Source: Lobosporangium transversale (lineage: Eukaryota). Taken from it: a stretch of DNA of 64,000 nucleotides. The translations under genes were made by a program, and so were the position numbers. Position 1 is the first letter of the stretch. Every line of letters starts with the position of its first letter. The stretch lies in assembly GCF_002105155.1 (NCBI RefSeq), contig NW_019029018.1:1-64000 (forward strand). Reading direction: 5' to 3'. This document shows, in pieces, positions 12,371 through 23,268 of the stretch. Below the pieces are notes generated by a model. That model saw only the letters and a list, made by a program, of their open reading frames with translations, was not told where the DNA came from and searched no databases.

Positions 12371-13344
12371 ATGCAGGACTCTCACCATCCGCTATCACTC
12401 TACTAGATTCAGCAGGTGCCAACAGCAAAACACGTCGACAATATCTGCCAACTCAAGAGGCTTTCGCAGTATGGGCTCAACAAGAAGGCTTCGACCCTAG
12501 TACGCCAAATGCAATTGCTGTAGTTAACTATTTATGCCATGCGCGGATTATCTATTCTTGGAGTAGGAATACCACTCTTAACAAAAAATCAGCCATCTTA
12601 AAGCTTTACGACGACACATCCGTGATCACAGGCAATATCTACTTTCAGCGGTTCATGGCAGCAATGAAAAGTACTGGCGTATTTCAAATGGAGCACGTAT
12701 CCGCACTCGACATTTCACCCATCCTTTCATACTTCCGCATGGAGGACAATGTGGATCTTGATATGCCTAAGCTCTCTCGCAAGCTCTGCTGGCTCTTAGG
12801 CGTTTGTGCGTTTCTCCGGCCAGATGATATCGGTTGCATCGATGTGTCAAAGTCAGAGACCAATGAAAAGGGTCTTCTCCTTACCATAGTCTTCCCTAAG
12901 GAGCGACGCGATGGGCAGCGCATCATAAAGTCGATCTTCGTAGGTAGACACCCTAACGACAAGAAAATTTGCCCAGTCGAGGCCTATACAGAATACACCA
13001 GACGGATAGCGGACACACCTCTCGAAATCGAGCACCACAAAGATCAGGATTATAAATTCAATCCTCTTATGCGCTTTGTGAAAGACAAGTCTAAAGTCCT
13101 TAGGGTCAGTACCATAGGCACTTTTATGAATGAAATCACACGTCGAATTCCAAATCTTCCGTCGAAACGGCCTCCTCCAAAGCCACGCGCTATAGGATCA
13201 ACCTTGGCAGCCATCGCTGGCGTATCAACCCAAGATATCATGGTTCAGGGGAATTGGTCGTCTGACAAGGTTTTCAACAAACACTACCGTGTTTCCCGCA
13301 AAACCAATTCAAATTTGACGACGTCTGTTTTTGGTTCGCTCTGA
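11602..13344 (+). CDS. DIRS-A tyrosine recombinase (catalytic part ~12340-13344; frame open far upstream)
   Basis: FLRPDD (catalytic R), CPV, PRAIGST, QGNWSS and FNKHYR (catalytic Y). Confidence 0.9.
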   Translation: MGDRDQQSNMEWQMDSTRERPPHQLEGTTDSSSSCSTTNNTGQNDQHHMRQHDNDCTHQQVRRDEVSGTNETSGHVMASLPSNGDSTSDDIHPICIQPSGCTVTANDIAIGMEDQSPILSTTGTPMGATSGGPICVGTEQTATDICLMEIPSRCSEDRRPSTQLDRDGQPLHLPPMESSINHLGEDTDPETDNNSNNPMVAECNMVPNHQGDGSSTTNPDPSGSSPTSRRKRKRSPQQESTLVIDSMENKRRRKDLDAGLSPSAITLLDSAGANSKTRRQYLPTQEAFAVWAQQEGFDPSTPNAIAVVNYLCHARIIYSWSRNTTLNKKSAILKLYDDTSVITGNIYFQRFMAAMKSTGVFQMEHVSALDISPILSYFRMEDNVDLDMPKLSRKLCWLLGVCAFLRPDDIGCIDVSKSETNEKGLLLTIVFPKERRDGQRIIKSIFVGRHPNDKKICPVEAYTEYTRRIADTPLEIEHHKDQDYKFNPLMRFVKDKSKVLRVSTIGTFMNEITRRIPNLPSKRPPPKPRAIGSTLAAIAGVSTQDIMVQGNWSSDKVFNKHYRVSRKTNSNLTTSVFGSL

Positions 13345-13629
13345 AGTCACATATGGACCATGGCTACGAGGATAATGATCTGGAAGTGCTACAAAGGACG
13401 CACTATCCTCATTATCAGAGTAGCCATGGGACATATGTCCCTCCCACACCTCCCTTTTCTTTTCACTCGTTACTAGATAGAGAGTAGATCAGAGCGAACG
13501 CTAGATTTTATTTATTTTATTTTTAGTTTTTTCTCGGTCAGAAGGAATAAAAAGAGGTCACACATATGTCCCATGGCTACTCTGATAATGAGGATAGTGC
13601 GTCCTTTGTAGCACTTCCAGATCATACCT

Positions 13630-14666
13630 TCCACATGTGACACCACTAAATGAATTTACGTAGACCAATAGGCGTGTACAGGCATTTGAACACGCAAAGT
13701 TCGCAATGCATCGTTGTCAACCAGCTTAATGGACTTTTAGGCCGAAGACCAAGCCAGTTTCTTGCATGCATATCAGTAGTCATATGGGAAGAGAAGAGGA
13801 CAGGCTTGTGGTCCCATGCAGGAGAAGCGCAGATTTTTAGTGTGCAAAAGCCATCTTGGAGAGGAAGGCACAACAACTAATCTTTAATATATTATTGGCC
13901 ACCATCTCATACAGAAGGCCATTCTGTGATTCTGGGTAAACCTCTAAAGGATTGTGGGTCTGATCAAGAGTCAAGGCTTTCGAGGCAGAATATCGTAATT
14001 TCTTGTCTGACGATCTCTTCGAGGGCTTGGTGGCGATACATGGGATCTGCTCTAGAACAGATCCGCTTGGACAACAAGTACAATCGCCTGATAAAGACAG
14101 AAGCCTATGGTGATCGCTCGTGGAAGCAAGTTAAAGGGAGCATCCAGTCGATCCTGAAGCTCGATTTAATTCGATCCTGGATCACTTGCCAGATAATGAC
14201 TTTACTGTCTTGCTACATAAAGATACAAATACCTTCGCAGACAGAATAGAGTCGATTGTTGAGGCTAGTGGGCTACAGCCTATGGGTGTGTTCCTTTACG
14301 GCAATCATAACGGCGTTGTCTGATGCTGGCCAAGAAAGGGTCTTCGAAGAATTCAAGTCCTTGGATGCTATAAAAGACGTAGATCACCTGTTAGATTTTA
14401 TTAGAGTGAATTCAACCGTCCTCACGGGTGAAAAAAACAATCCATGTGCTTGGTTCATCAATAACTTCACTACAAAAGGATTACAGATCAATAAGGTCCC
14501 ATCCTCTACGATAGGAGTCTCACTCAAGGCCCCAAAGGAATTCATCCCGTCCTTCACATTGAAATCGAACCAACAGAAAGAAACAAAGACATACATACCA
14601 TCATGGCAATAGAACCCGTAAAGATGAGAGTACCATCATTTTGTGCGAGAATCCAGTATGCATCTC

Positions 14667-14698
<32 letters not shown>

Positions 14699-15379
14699 CA
14701 TGCCGATGCTAACTGCTTCAGGCATACCAAGCCTGCTAAATTTGCTGAGCTGAATAAGCAAGCTCAAGCAAGGGGGCGGGCTAGAAAAGATCCGAAGAAC
14801 AGTTTTAAAGTAGCTATAACTCATACCAAAGAAGATAGTTACAGTATAGCGATGTTCTTGGAAACGACCTCGAATTTTGCAATAAAGTGTATGGACCTTT
14901 CTCCTTATGTTGACAGCCCTGCCAGCTCTTCATCAGATGCACCTAAGCACTCATCCTTGATTCACAAAACTGTGTCTATTAATCATTCTAAAAATTGCAG
15001 CGCCAAGTGCTGTACTAAAAGTTAAAGAGCACAATCAAAAGCACCACTCTGCATGACAATTATGCGAATCCTAAACCAAATAGAAATATTGGTTACAGAG
15101 GGTCTGAACCTGAAGACAACAGGATATCTGTCTCCATTACTACAAATGGACTATTATATACAGCCTTGCTTGATCCTGGTCCCAATGTGTCCTTAGCCCT
15201 GAAATACTAAAATCTGTACACTCTCTTTTTACCAACTTCTTAATGGCAAACAAGAGCCTTGAGAATGCTTTAAACCAGAGCAAGAGGAAGGGCAGTGTGA
15301 GACCGAAATAAGATAATAAAGAATAACAGAGCGAAGAGTGGGAGGAAAGGGTAAAAGTTCAAGGATGACTTGATTGATC

Positions 15380-15410
<31 letters not shown>

Positions 15411-16960
15411 CGCCATCAGTGATCAGTTCAAGACAAGTCGGTGAGAAAAATAATAAATTTCACCGCCCATCAGTGATCAGCTCAACTGAGGACCGATGAC
15501 CTTGAGGACCTTGCTGTCAGAAAAAAAAAAAAAAAAAAAAAAAAAAGAAAGGCAGGTTGGCTGAGGTAAAAAAAAGGTAACTCTTTGACGTGCCTTTTTA
15601 TCTTCCTTTCATACAAATCTTATATATCACTATCCTCGAGCGATTATTGCAAGCCTGTTCCCCTGATGGTCGCTTGGAGGATGGCTTGCTTCTTCATAAC
15701 ATCTCATTCAAGTGTGTGGGCAGCAGAGCATACTCCAAGATCCATATCGAAGGCTCCACTGCAAAAGCCTACAAGCAGAACCCCATGGCGTCATTCGTGA
15801 TGAACATGCTAAAAGAGGAAATAACGGATTTCAAGCTGGAAGTCTGCGGACACTTCAGAATAAGTACCTACCGTAGCGACCGAAGGACGAGCATAAGCTC
15901 CTGTTTGATTGTATCCGTTGCCAGACCGCTCACCAATAAAGAAGAATCCACAGACGAAGATGACAATGTCCTAGACTGTTTCTTCGTGAAGATGTACGAC
16001 AGACCCGTGAAAGAGGTCCATCCATCGACCATTGTCAAGAGCCTAGTTGAAGCTTCGCTCAAGCGACTGGTAAGGGAAAGTCTCGATTGTTTATATTAAC
16101 TTTCCTTTAATGATAAACTGATTAAGTCCCTCTAATAAACTGACGGTTGAGCTGTGGTACTTTTCCTTTTATTTCCTACCTTTTCTACTTTTTTTTATTT
16201 TTTTACCAAGCTTATTGCTTCTTGGTAGCCTGGTCCTGCAATGGCATACACTGAAGGTGGGGAGCAAGGGTTGCTTCAAGAGCAGCTGAAAGGTGAGGCC
16301 CCGTTTCTTGAAGGTATTATGTCTAAAGGCCGCCATATGCCTATCACCATTGACCATAATCTGAAGCAGTATCGAGAACACGTCCAACGATGCCCTGTTT
16401 TTTTTTTTTTTTTGTTGTGTTTGCTTGTTTACTGTCATATCCTCTGCTTTGAGGACACCATCGCAATAAAAGTGAAACCAGGCTTGGTTGTGGATCTGGC
16501 ATTGTCTGTAGTATGCTCGCGCGCTAATAGTGAAGAACAATATTCTTATGCCATACATTGTTCTTTGTTGAATTATTAGAGACGGCTCCCATTGTTGCAA
16601 GAAGCAATCAAGGAGGTGAAGAAATTCTTTCTAAACATATGAAGGGACTGGAACGACTTCCTTTTAAAGGTCCCTTTCTATTTCCACCAAAGTAGCATTG
16701 CCTGACAATAATTCTGCGGATGTGTAATGTTCCAAATGCCAACCAACTCTAGCATCAAAATTAAAAGAGATATTTCAGAACTCGCCTTATGCTTCAATTC
16801 TTGAACAGAGAAAATACATTGAGCTGGACAAGAAAATAAGCCAATTTCTGAATGAAGACTGGGCTTTTAGAGACTACAGCATGGAGATGTGCATGTGCAA
16901 AGCTCCTTGCAGGATGGATACTAGTGAAAAGCACAGTAAGTGACTCCCATGCCATCTTAG
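13630..16960 (+). pseudogene. Heavily decayed coding relic, possibly Fanzor/TnpB-like
   Basis: Motif-like fragments occur in the expected order on +, across frameshifts: FTTKGLQI, SIAMFLETT, FYQLLNG, KWGARVASRAAE, GEAPF..SKGRHMP, SHCC, CSKC, FRDYSMEMCMCKA. Recognised by eye only. Confidence 0.3.
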
Positions 16961-17525
16961 TTGATTGTGTCGAGGTGTATGGACGAAAGGAGCATATCGA
17001 TGTTCATTGTGAACCGTTCCAAATCTCAAAAGGGATCGCGACTAGAACATCAATACCGGGAAGTAACGAGCACCGATATGTGGGCGTGTATCCAACAACA
17101 ATGCATTCCAAGAATAGCGAGAGGCTCGTAATCGGAACCCACACAATGGACACCCTTGCCACACCACCAATTCGCATTGACCAAAAGGAGAAACCATCAG
17201 TTGGCGGCAAAACTCTCTCTTTCTTGCTTGAAAATGGAAGGAGCCCATTCAACACAAGGATTTACCTTGATCAAGGATCCATCGATCGAGCAATGGAGAC
17301 CACAAATGACAAAGTCAATCAATTTATTGAATAACGCTTTTCTGCATAAACACTCAATAAAAAAAAATAAAAATAAAAAAAAGCGGGATCTTTTTCATTT
17401 AAGTGTTCTCGTCTACGCTTGACGATTACAAAGTTATCTTGTTCTACTAATAGACACCCCCTAAGAGGAGGCCCTAAGAAAAAAAAAAAAGCAAATGGAA
17501 GAAAGAGAGATGTTTGTTCATTCGA

Positions 17526-17926
17526 ACAAATCTGTGCAACAAAAGTGCCTAACTGCAGTCGATCGTAGCAACAAGGCCACTCTACAGCTTATAGTACACC
17601 GTTGCTTAAAAGTCGCCTGCAATGGATTTATCTATTCCAATGTTTGAAATTAACATTAGCAGGCACCACACAAGACCTTTCCTCCCTGCAAAGTGACCCC
17701 GCGTAGCATGATTCAGGAGCCGAAGCTCTATTCGTCTGCAACTAATTATCGGAAAAGGCGGTAATCGTCGCGTTCTAGCACGGATTCTGACTTAGAGACG
17801 TTCAGCCATAACCCAACGGATGATAGCTTCGGGGCCATTGCCTGTTCAGGCAGGCCCAAATACCAATTATCCGAATGAACGGTTCCTCTCGTACTAAGTT
17901 CATTTACTATTGCAACAACATTTCAT

Positions 17927-17981
<55 letters not shown>

Positions 17982-18064
17982 ATTAGTGGGTGAACAATCC
18001 AACGCTTACTGAATTCTGCTTCAGTATGATAGGAAGAGCTGACATCGAAGGATCAAAAAGCAAC
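17526..18064 (-). rRNA. Isolated 28S (LSU) rRNA 3'-terminal fragment (rDNA pseudogene)
   Basis: The reverse complement carries conserved LSU stretches (GGGTTTAGACCGTCGTGAGACAGGTTAG, sarcin-ricin loop AGTACGAGAGGAACC, CTAAGTCAGAATCC) and the LSU 3' end. It is truncated on the 5' side at 18064. Confidence 0.93.
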
Positions 18065-18699
18065 CACAAGCAGTTATTACTCACCATGATAAATTTTATT
18101 ACCCCAGTAAGATTTTAGGTGTCCATCCAAATGTGGAAGCTCGTACTCTTCTCTGACGGAGCCCATCCCACATAAAATGTCATAAACATGAATCCAAGCA
18201 TTTGTGCAGGAGAAAAAAAATGAAATATAAAGGCTGGATTCTACAAAATAAATTAAGAAGTGGAGGCTCAAGCATGAATTGAAAGGGCCAAATAACAAAT
18301 TAGAGCAGAGATCATCCTGGTATATTAATTTTCACACTCTTTGAGATGTAAGTAACACGTAAAAAAGAAGAATAAAATAAAAATGGTGAAGTTGAAAAAA
18401 AGAAAAAGTAAAAAAGAAAGACAAAATTAAAAAATGAAAAAAAAAATAATAACGAAATAAAAAGACAAAGAATGAGAGAAAATAAGTATATACTAAACAG
18501 AAAGGAGCACTTGTAGCTAGTTTCTGGATATGGAGTCTACTTTGCAAGATTTTTGCCAGCACAACAAAATATAAAAGGCGGAAGATTGTGAAAATATAAA
18601 AATAAAAAAAATAAAAAGATGGGAACTCAAGCACAAAGTAAAAGGTAATTAATGCAGCCAGGTTTTGCGATAAATGTCTTGCGCTTTAATATCATGTTT

Positions 18700-20064
18700 T
18701 CGATTTGTATTTCCAGTTGTCATGAAGAGAGTTCCAGTCTTCTCATTATACTTCTCTTTGTGTCCATGGCACTCTCAAACTCAATTCTCGTACAGTATCA
18801 AAAAGTTAGAGTTCGAATTGTGTAAGCGTTTGTAAGTTAGCGTCTTGCTGATATGTTCTTTAATAGAAGTTTGGCTTCCTATAGCCAAAAGCTCGATAAC
18901 AACCGTTGACTCCTCTGATTTCTTGATGACAATATCACTATATTTAGGGTCTTTTAAGTTCATAGAGGTGCCACTGGCCAATGATCCCATGTTCTTCTGT
19001 TTTGCTTAGCCAGTTGGTGAGAACTCTCATCAATTCCGTGTCATAGACGCTCTCCCGAGGGACGTCGACATTGTAGTTGCCCATAACCTTAACAGTTTTC
19101 TCTGATCTTTGTATGATCGACCTTCCGCCTGCATAATCAAGCTTCTATCGAAAAATCGAAGAGCAACCTTCATAGTCTTCAGAATATCCAATGATCCTCA
19201 CTCTTTCCTTTGGGGGCGACTCTGAAGGAGAGTGGGGATATTTTGATGGGATAATGTGTCTCTTCGCAAACGAGTCATTGAAAGCTGAGGCCATACGGTA
19301 ATTATTGCCATCAACTTTTATTAGTGCCCCTTCTGCAGTTAGAAAGTCTGCCAATCTCTGTTTTTCCAAGTTTGAGATAGGTACATCGTCGAGATATCCA
19401 AAAAAATGTGTTCGAAGAAGATTAACAGCACCTGTAACTGATTCACTCAATAGTGAATCGACTATCCTTCTGAAAGTGTGGTACGAAAGCATTCTCTCAT
19501 TCTGATTGTCTGCGGAGAAGTTCTGCCATGTATCGTAATTGAGATGATTCGTCGAATTGATGACTTTCGAGCGAGGTTTCTCATAAATGGAGTGTCCGCA
19601 AAAACAAATCATTCCTGGATGACTATCGGTAACGAGATACAGTAAAATTATTCATATCATTAGAGAGTGGTTCACACTTGTAGCGACTTCATTACTAACG
19701 ACGTTATTAACGTACCCATTCGACCTTAAGAATATGTCGTGAACAATCTGATCATCTATTGTTTTCCTCCCGTCCTCTGCATATTGTTTAAAGAGGTTCA
19801 TTGTTTGCTCAAGAGTAAAATACGGGTTCCTGTGAGCCTCACTGATATTAAAAGGAGATACACGTTGATTTGTTGAGCCCAAGCCTTGATTGCTAAAAGT
19901 CCCGCACACAACAATACTGTCAATGGTATATAAATGGTTGGTCTGTCGGATTTCATGGAACGGCTGTAAGCGTTGATTGCGGATCTCATTGCTTGCGTTA
20001 AACAGTAAATCAAACTCGCCAATCATTAACAGTCCATTTCTCCTTTTTCAAAACCGGCGACACT

Positions 20065-20096
<32 letters not shown>

Positions 20097-20544
20097 TAGC
20101 AAGAGCTGTCAGAAGGGGAAAATAGAGAAGCGAATGCAAAACTAAAAATAAAAAAAAAGGATCATTAGACATTAAATGCTTGCATGTTGCAGTAACAAAG
20201 ACAATTTGAATTTAACGACTTCTTACCTGCCAACGGTCGCTGGACAATGACGTGAATGGTTTTCTTTGGTGGGACGTTCCTAAGACTTTAGATAACTCAC
20301 TTGTCAGGTCGTTTAGCTCCTACGGTTCCTTTGATCTTTCTTCGATTGTCAGATTGTTGAGAGTAATTTGTCTTTTTGGTGCGGAAGGGATTGAGACATG
20401 CCGGAGGATGAGTTTGCTTGAATGAATGCTTCGAGTTCTGGTATGTCCTCATTTTTAATGGCTTTCTTTAAAGCAGAAATTGACTTGTGAGGGTCCAATT
20501 CTACCATGAATAATGCAAAAGAGTCTAATTTTTTGTGATGTCAT
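18700..20544 (-). pseudogene. Crinkler (CRN) effector pseudogene: ubiquitin-like header, NTPase and REase remnants
   Basis: MTSQKIRLFCIIHG and PPKKTIHVIVQRP header motifs, then GEFDLLF, VVCGTFS, SPFNI and YSDIVIK..VVIELLA. Several stops and frameshifts. Confidence 0.8.
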
Positions 20545-20699
20545 GGAATGATTGCGTGATAAAAAAAAAATAAACGCTTTTGGAACAGCAAAACAGCAAA
20601 GAGCGAATAGTTCTTGGCGGAAATATTGGTGGCAAAATATGGAATAAACCACGTACATACATATCGGCCATATTATGTACAAATGTTTAAAATAAATTA

Positions 20700-21361
20700 C
20701 GTCTGCTGATATTTATTTTCCCACCCCACTCTTTCACTCCAACATTATCCTTTTCCCTCTCTCTTTCTCATTTTCGACATTCAAAATGATTGCTCGTTTA
20801 ATTTAAGGTAATTATGATCAATTTATTTAATTCATTAGTTCCTTAGCTGATGAAGACTGGATTTCGCGCTTAATTACCTCTTTTTGCACAGACACTTTCC
20901 TGCGCATTTATTTTCTCTTGCTTAATGAGTCTTTACGCATCTTACCAATCGCTCTCTTACTCTACGCATCTGTTTATCTCTGTCTTTGTGTTGCATTGAT
21001 TATTTTTCTTCCGTCTCTGCGCATCTATTTTTTCTCTCATTGTACACCTATTCTTTATCGCTCTCTCTGCGTGCCTTTTTTTCTACTTTTTCACTTTACG
21101 CATCAAATTTTGTTTTCCTCTCCGAATGACTTTTTTTCTCTCTGTGTCTCTGTGTCTTGTACATTTACTTTTTTATATTTGCCCCAATATCTCTGTACAC
21201 ACTACACACTGTGACATATCAGTCACATGTAAGATCTAATTTCACTTATCAATTATTAGTTGTCAATTAGAGATTGTCCTTTACCCTACTTAGATCAGTA
21301 GGGACGTGTCTCTTTCACTTTCCTATCCATGTGATTCATATTGATCACATATTCCTCGCCT

Positions 21362-21392
<31 letters not shown>

Positions 21393-21759
21393 GTTTATCG
21401 TGATCACGTTACTTTTATTGGCACACTTTTTTCCTTCCTCAGCACATCAATTACACTCTCTTTCTTTCAATCTCTTTTATTTTTTATTTTTATTCACTCC
21501 CGTTCCGTGTCCTCTTAGTATTCAATTCACTCACTACACCTTCTGATTCCGTACTTACTCTTCTCTCTCTCTGTTATTGTCATTCTACTTTTTCACTTGT
21601 TCTTTCTCATTGCGTTATTTGCATTTTAAAATCATTCATTCCTTTCATAATCGTCTATTTGTCCTTTTTAATTCTTATTCTACCCTCTCACACAATGTAA
21701 GTTTAGTATTTCCCATACTCATTGCCACTCTTTACCTGATTGATGTAGCCTTACTTTTT

Positions 21760-21833
<74 letters not shown>

Positions 21834-22200
21834 CTATCTCTATGTAACTAATCGTTAGTCAACAATCTTTTTTCCTCTTTCTCTACACCCTATTTTACTC
21901 GCTCTCCCTCTCTCTCTTTTTTTTTATCTCTGTGCTCCTATTTTTTTACCTCTATCTTACGCTTATTCTTTTTATTTTTCTATTTCATCTAAATCTCTTT
22001 TCCTCAGTACAACATCTCTCTCTTTCTCTCTCGTTACATTCACTCTCTGCGTGTCTATCTCTCTATCGCTCACTTTGCACACCTTTTCTCTTTCTCTCTC
22101 CGTACTCTGTACTTATCCCCTCCCACTCACGCATACGCTCATTCTTTCTCTCTTCTTTAGTTGATCCGAGACTCATTTCCCCGTATATTTAAGGTATCCA
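20700..22200. repeat. Pyrimidine-rich low-complexity tract with (CT)n and poly(T)
   Basis: Strong C/T bias on +, (CT)n at ~21764-21800, and poly(T) at ~21364-21392 and ~21804-21833. Confidence 0.8.
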
Positions 22201-22230
22201 TAACCCTTAATTACAAACATTTTAATGCTA

Positions 22231-23170
22231 CCCATCTCTGCTCGCTGGCTTTCATCAAACTATGATAACCAGATCTGTCAGATGATAGGGATAGATTCGT
22301 GATTGTTGCACAACTTATAGCACGCCTTTGTGCCGGCTATAATGTTCAGCAATGATCTTGTCGCTACTTGAATATGTTACGGCAATTTGCGAATGGCACA
22401 AAAATTATATGAAAATGTTAGTTTAAGAGTAGTACCCCTTTATCTCCTTGCCTGCCCACATCTGCTCTCTGGCTTTCTTTCATTGGTCATTCATGGCCAT
22501 TTAAGACTGCTCTCAATAAAGAGATCTCAGATCTGTCAGAGGGATGGGTTAGTTTCGTGGTTGTTTGCACGACTTATAGCACGCCTTTGTGCCGGCTGTA
22601 AGTCCGGCAGCAATCTTGCGTCTCGGCAATTTGCGACTGGCACAAAAATTATCTTCTTGCCTGCCCACCTCTGCTCTCTGGCTTTCTTTCATTGGTCATT
22701 CATGGCCATTTAAGACTGCTCTCAATATAGAGATCGCAGATCTGTCAGAGGGATGGGTTAGTTTCGTTGTTGTTTGCACGACTTATAGCACGCCTTTGTG
22801 CCGGCTGTAATGTCCGGCAGCAATCTTGCGTTTCGGCAATTTGCGACTGGCACAGAAGTTACCACCTATGCTCCTATTCGATAATCGAATGAAATTCGAA
22901 TGCATGTAAAAAAAATATTTTTTTTAGTGCATTCGAATCCTGTTCGATTATCGAAAAGGAACCTTGATTATCACCTTGCCTGCCCACCTCTGTTCTCTAG
23001 CTCTCGCTGATCATTCATGGTCATTTAAGATTATATTCTCAATGAGGAGATCTCAGATGTGTTAGAGGGATGGGTTAGTTTCGTGGTTGTTGCACGACTT
23101 ATAGTATGCTTTTGTGCCGGCTATAGTGTCCAGCAATGATCCTATCATTATGATAGATACGACTGGCAAG
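22231..23170. repeat. Tandem array of four ~209-bp structured repeats
   Basis: Units at ~22231-22406, 22441-22649, 22650-22860 and ~22969-23170. Units 2 and 3 are nearly identical. Internal hairpins recur in each unit. Confidence 0.92.
22868..22963. mobile_element. ~100-bp palindromic MITE, copy 1 (hAT-like subterminal motifs)
   Basis: TTCGATAATCGAATGAAATTCGAATGCA ... TGCATTCGAATCCTGTTCGATTATCGAA. A second copy lies at 24165-24272. Confidence 0.7.
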
Positions 23171-23268
23171 GCTGATATATGTAGTTGTTTATAACGCACT
23201 TTTCCATTATTTATATTAATTGAGGATCATTTGATTTGTTCATGAGCCGTAGACACCGTCAGCCTATA

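Larger units (their letters stand above)
7785..13625 (+). mobile_element. DIRS1-like tyrosine recombinase retrotransposon (DIRS-A), full length, interrupted by a Tc1
   Basis: Inverted terminal repeats at ~7785-7898 and ~13475-13580 with a right extension to 13625. The internal complementary region at ~13347-13437 matches both ends. Gag, RT-RNaseH-MT and YR ORFs are present, with AT at both junctions. Confidence 0.95.

Noticed and set aside
16852..17334. 160-aa ORF as a standalone gene
   Set aside because: No recognisable domain, and its start overlaps the decayed relic upstream.
17526..18064. Functional rDNA locus
   Set aside because: Only the last ~540 nt of the LSU are present, with no 18S, 5.8S or remaining 28S.
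18332..22192. F/L/S-rich ORFs (18332-18634, 20918-21214, 21577-21858, 21932-22192)
   Set aside because: Artefacts of T/C-rich low-complexity DNA.
22231..23170. CRISPR array or self-cleaving ribozyme interpretation of the tandem repeat
   Set aside because: Units are ~209 bp without regular unique spacers and there are no cas genes. No CUGANGA hammerhead core is paired with the GAAA, and the twister-like GCCGG..AAG..CCGG loop is not conserved across units.
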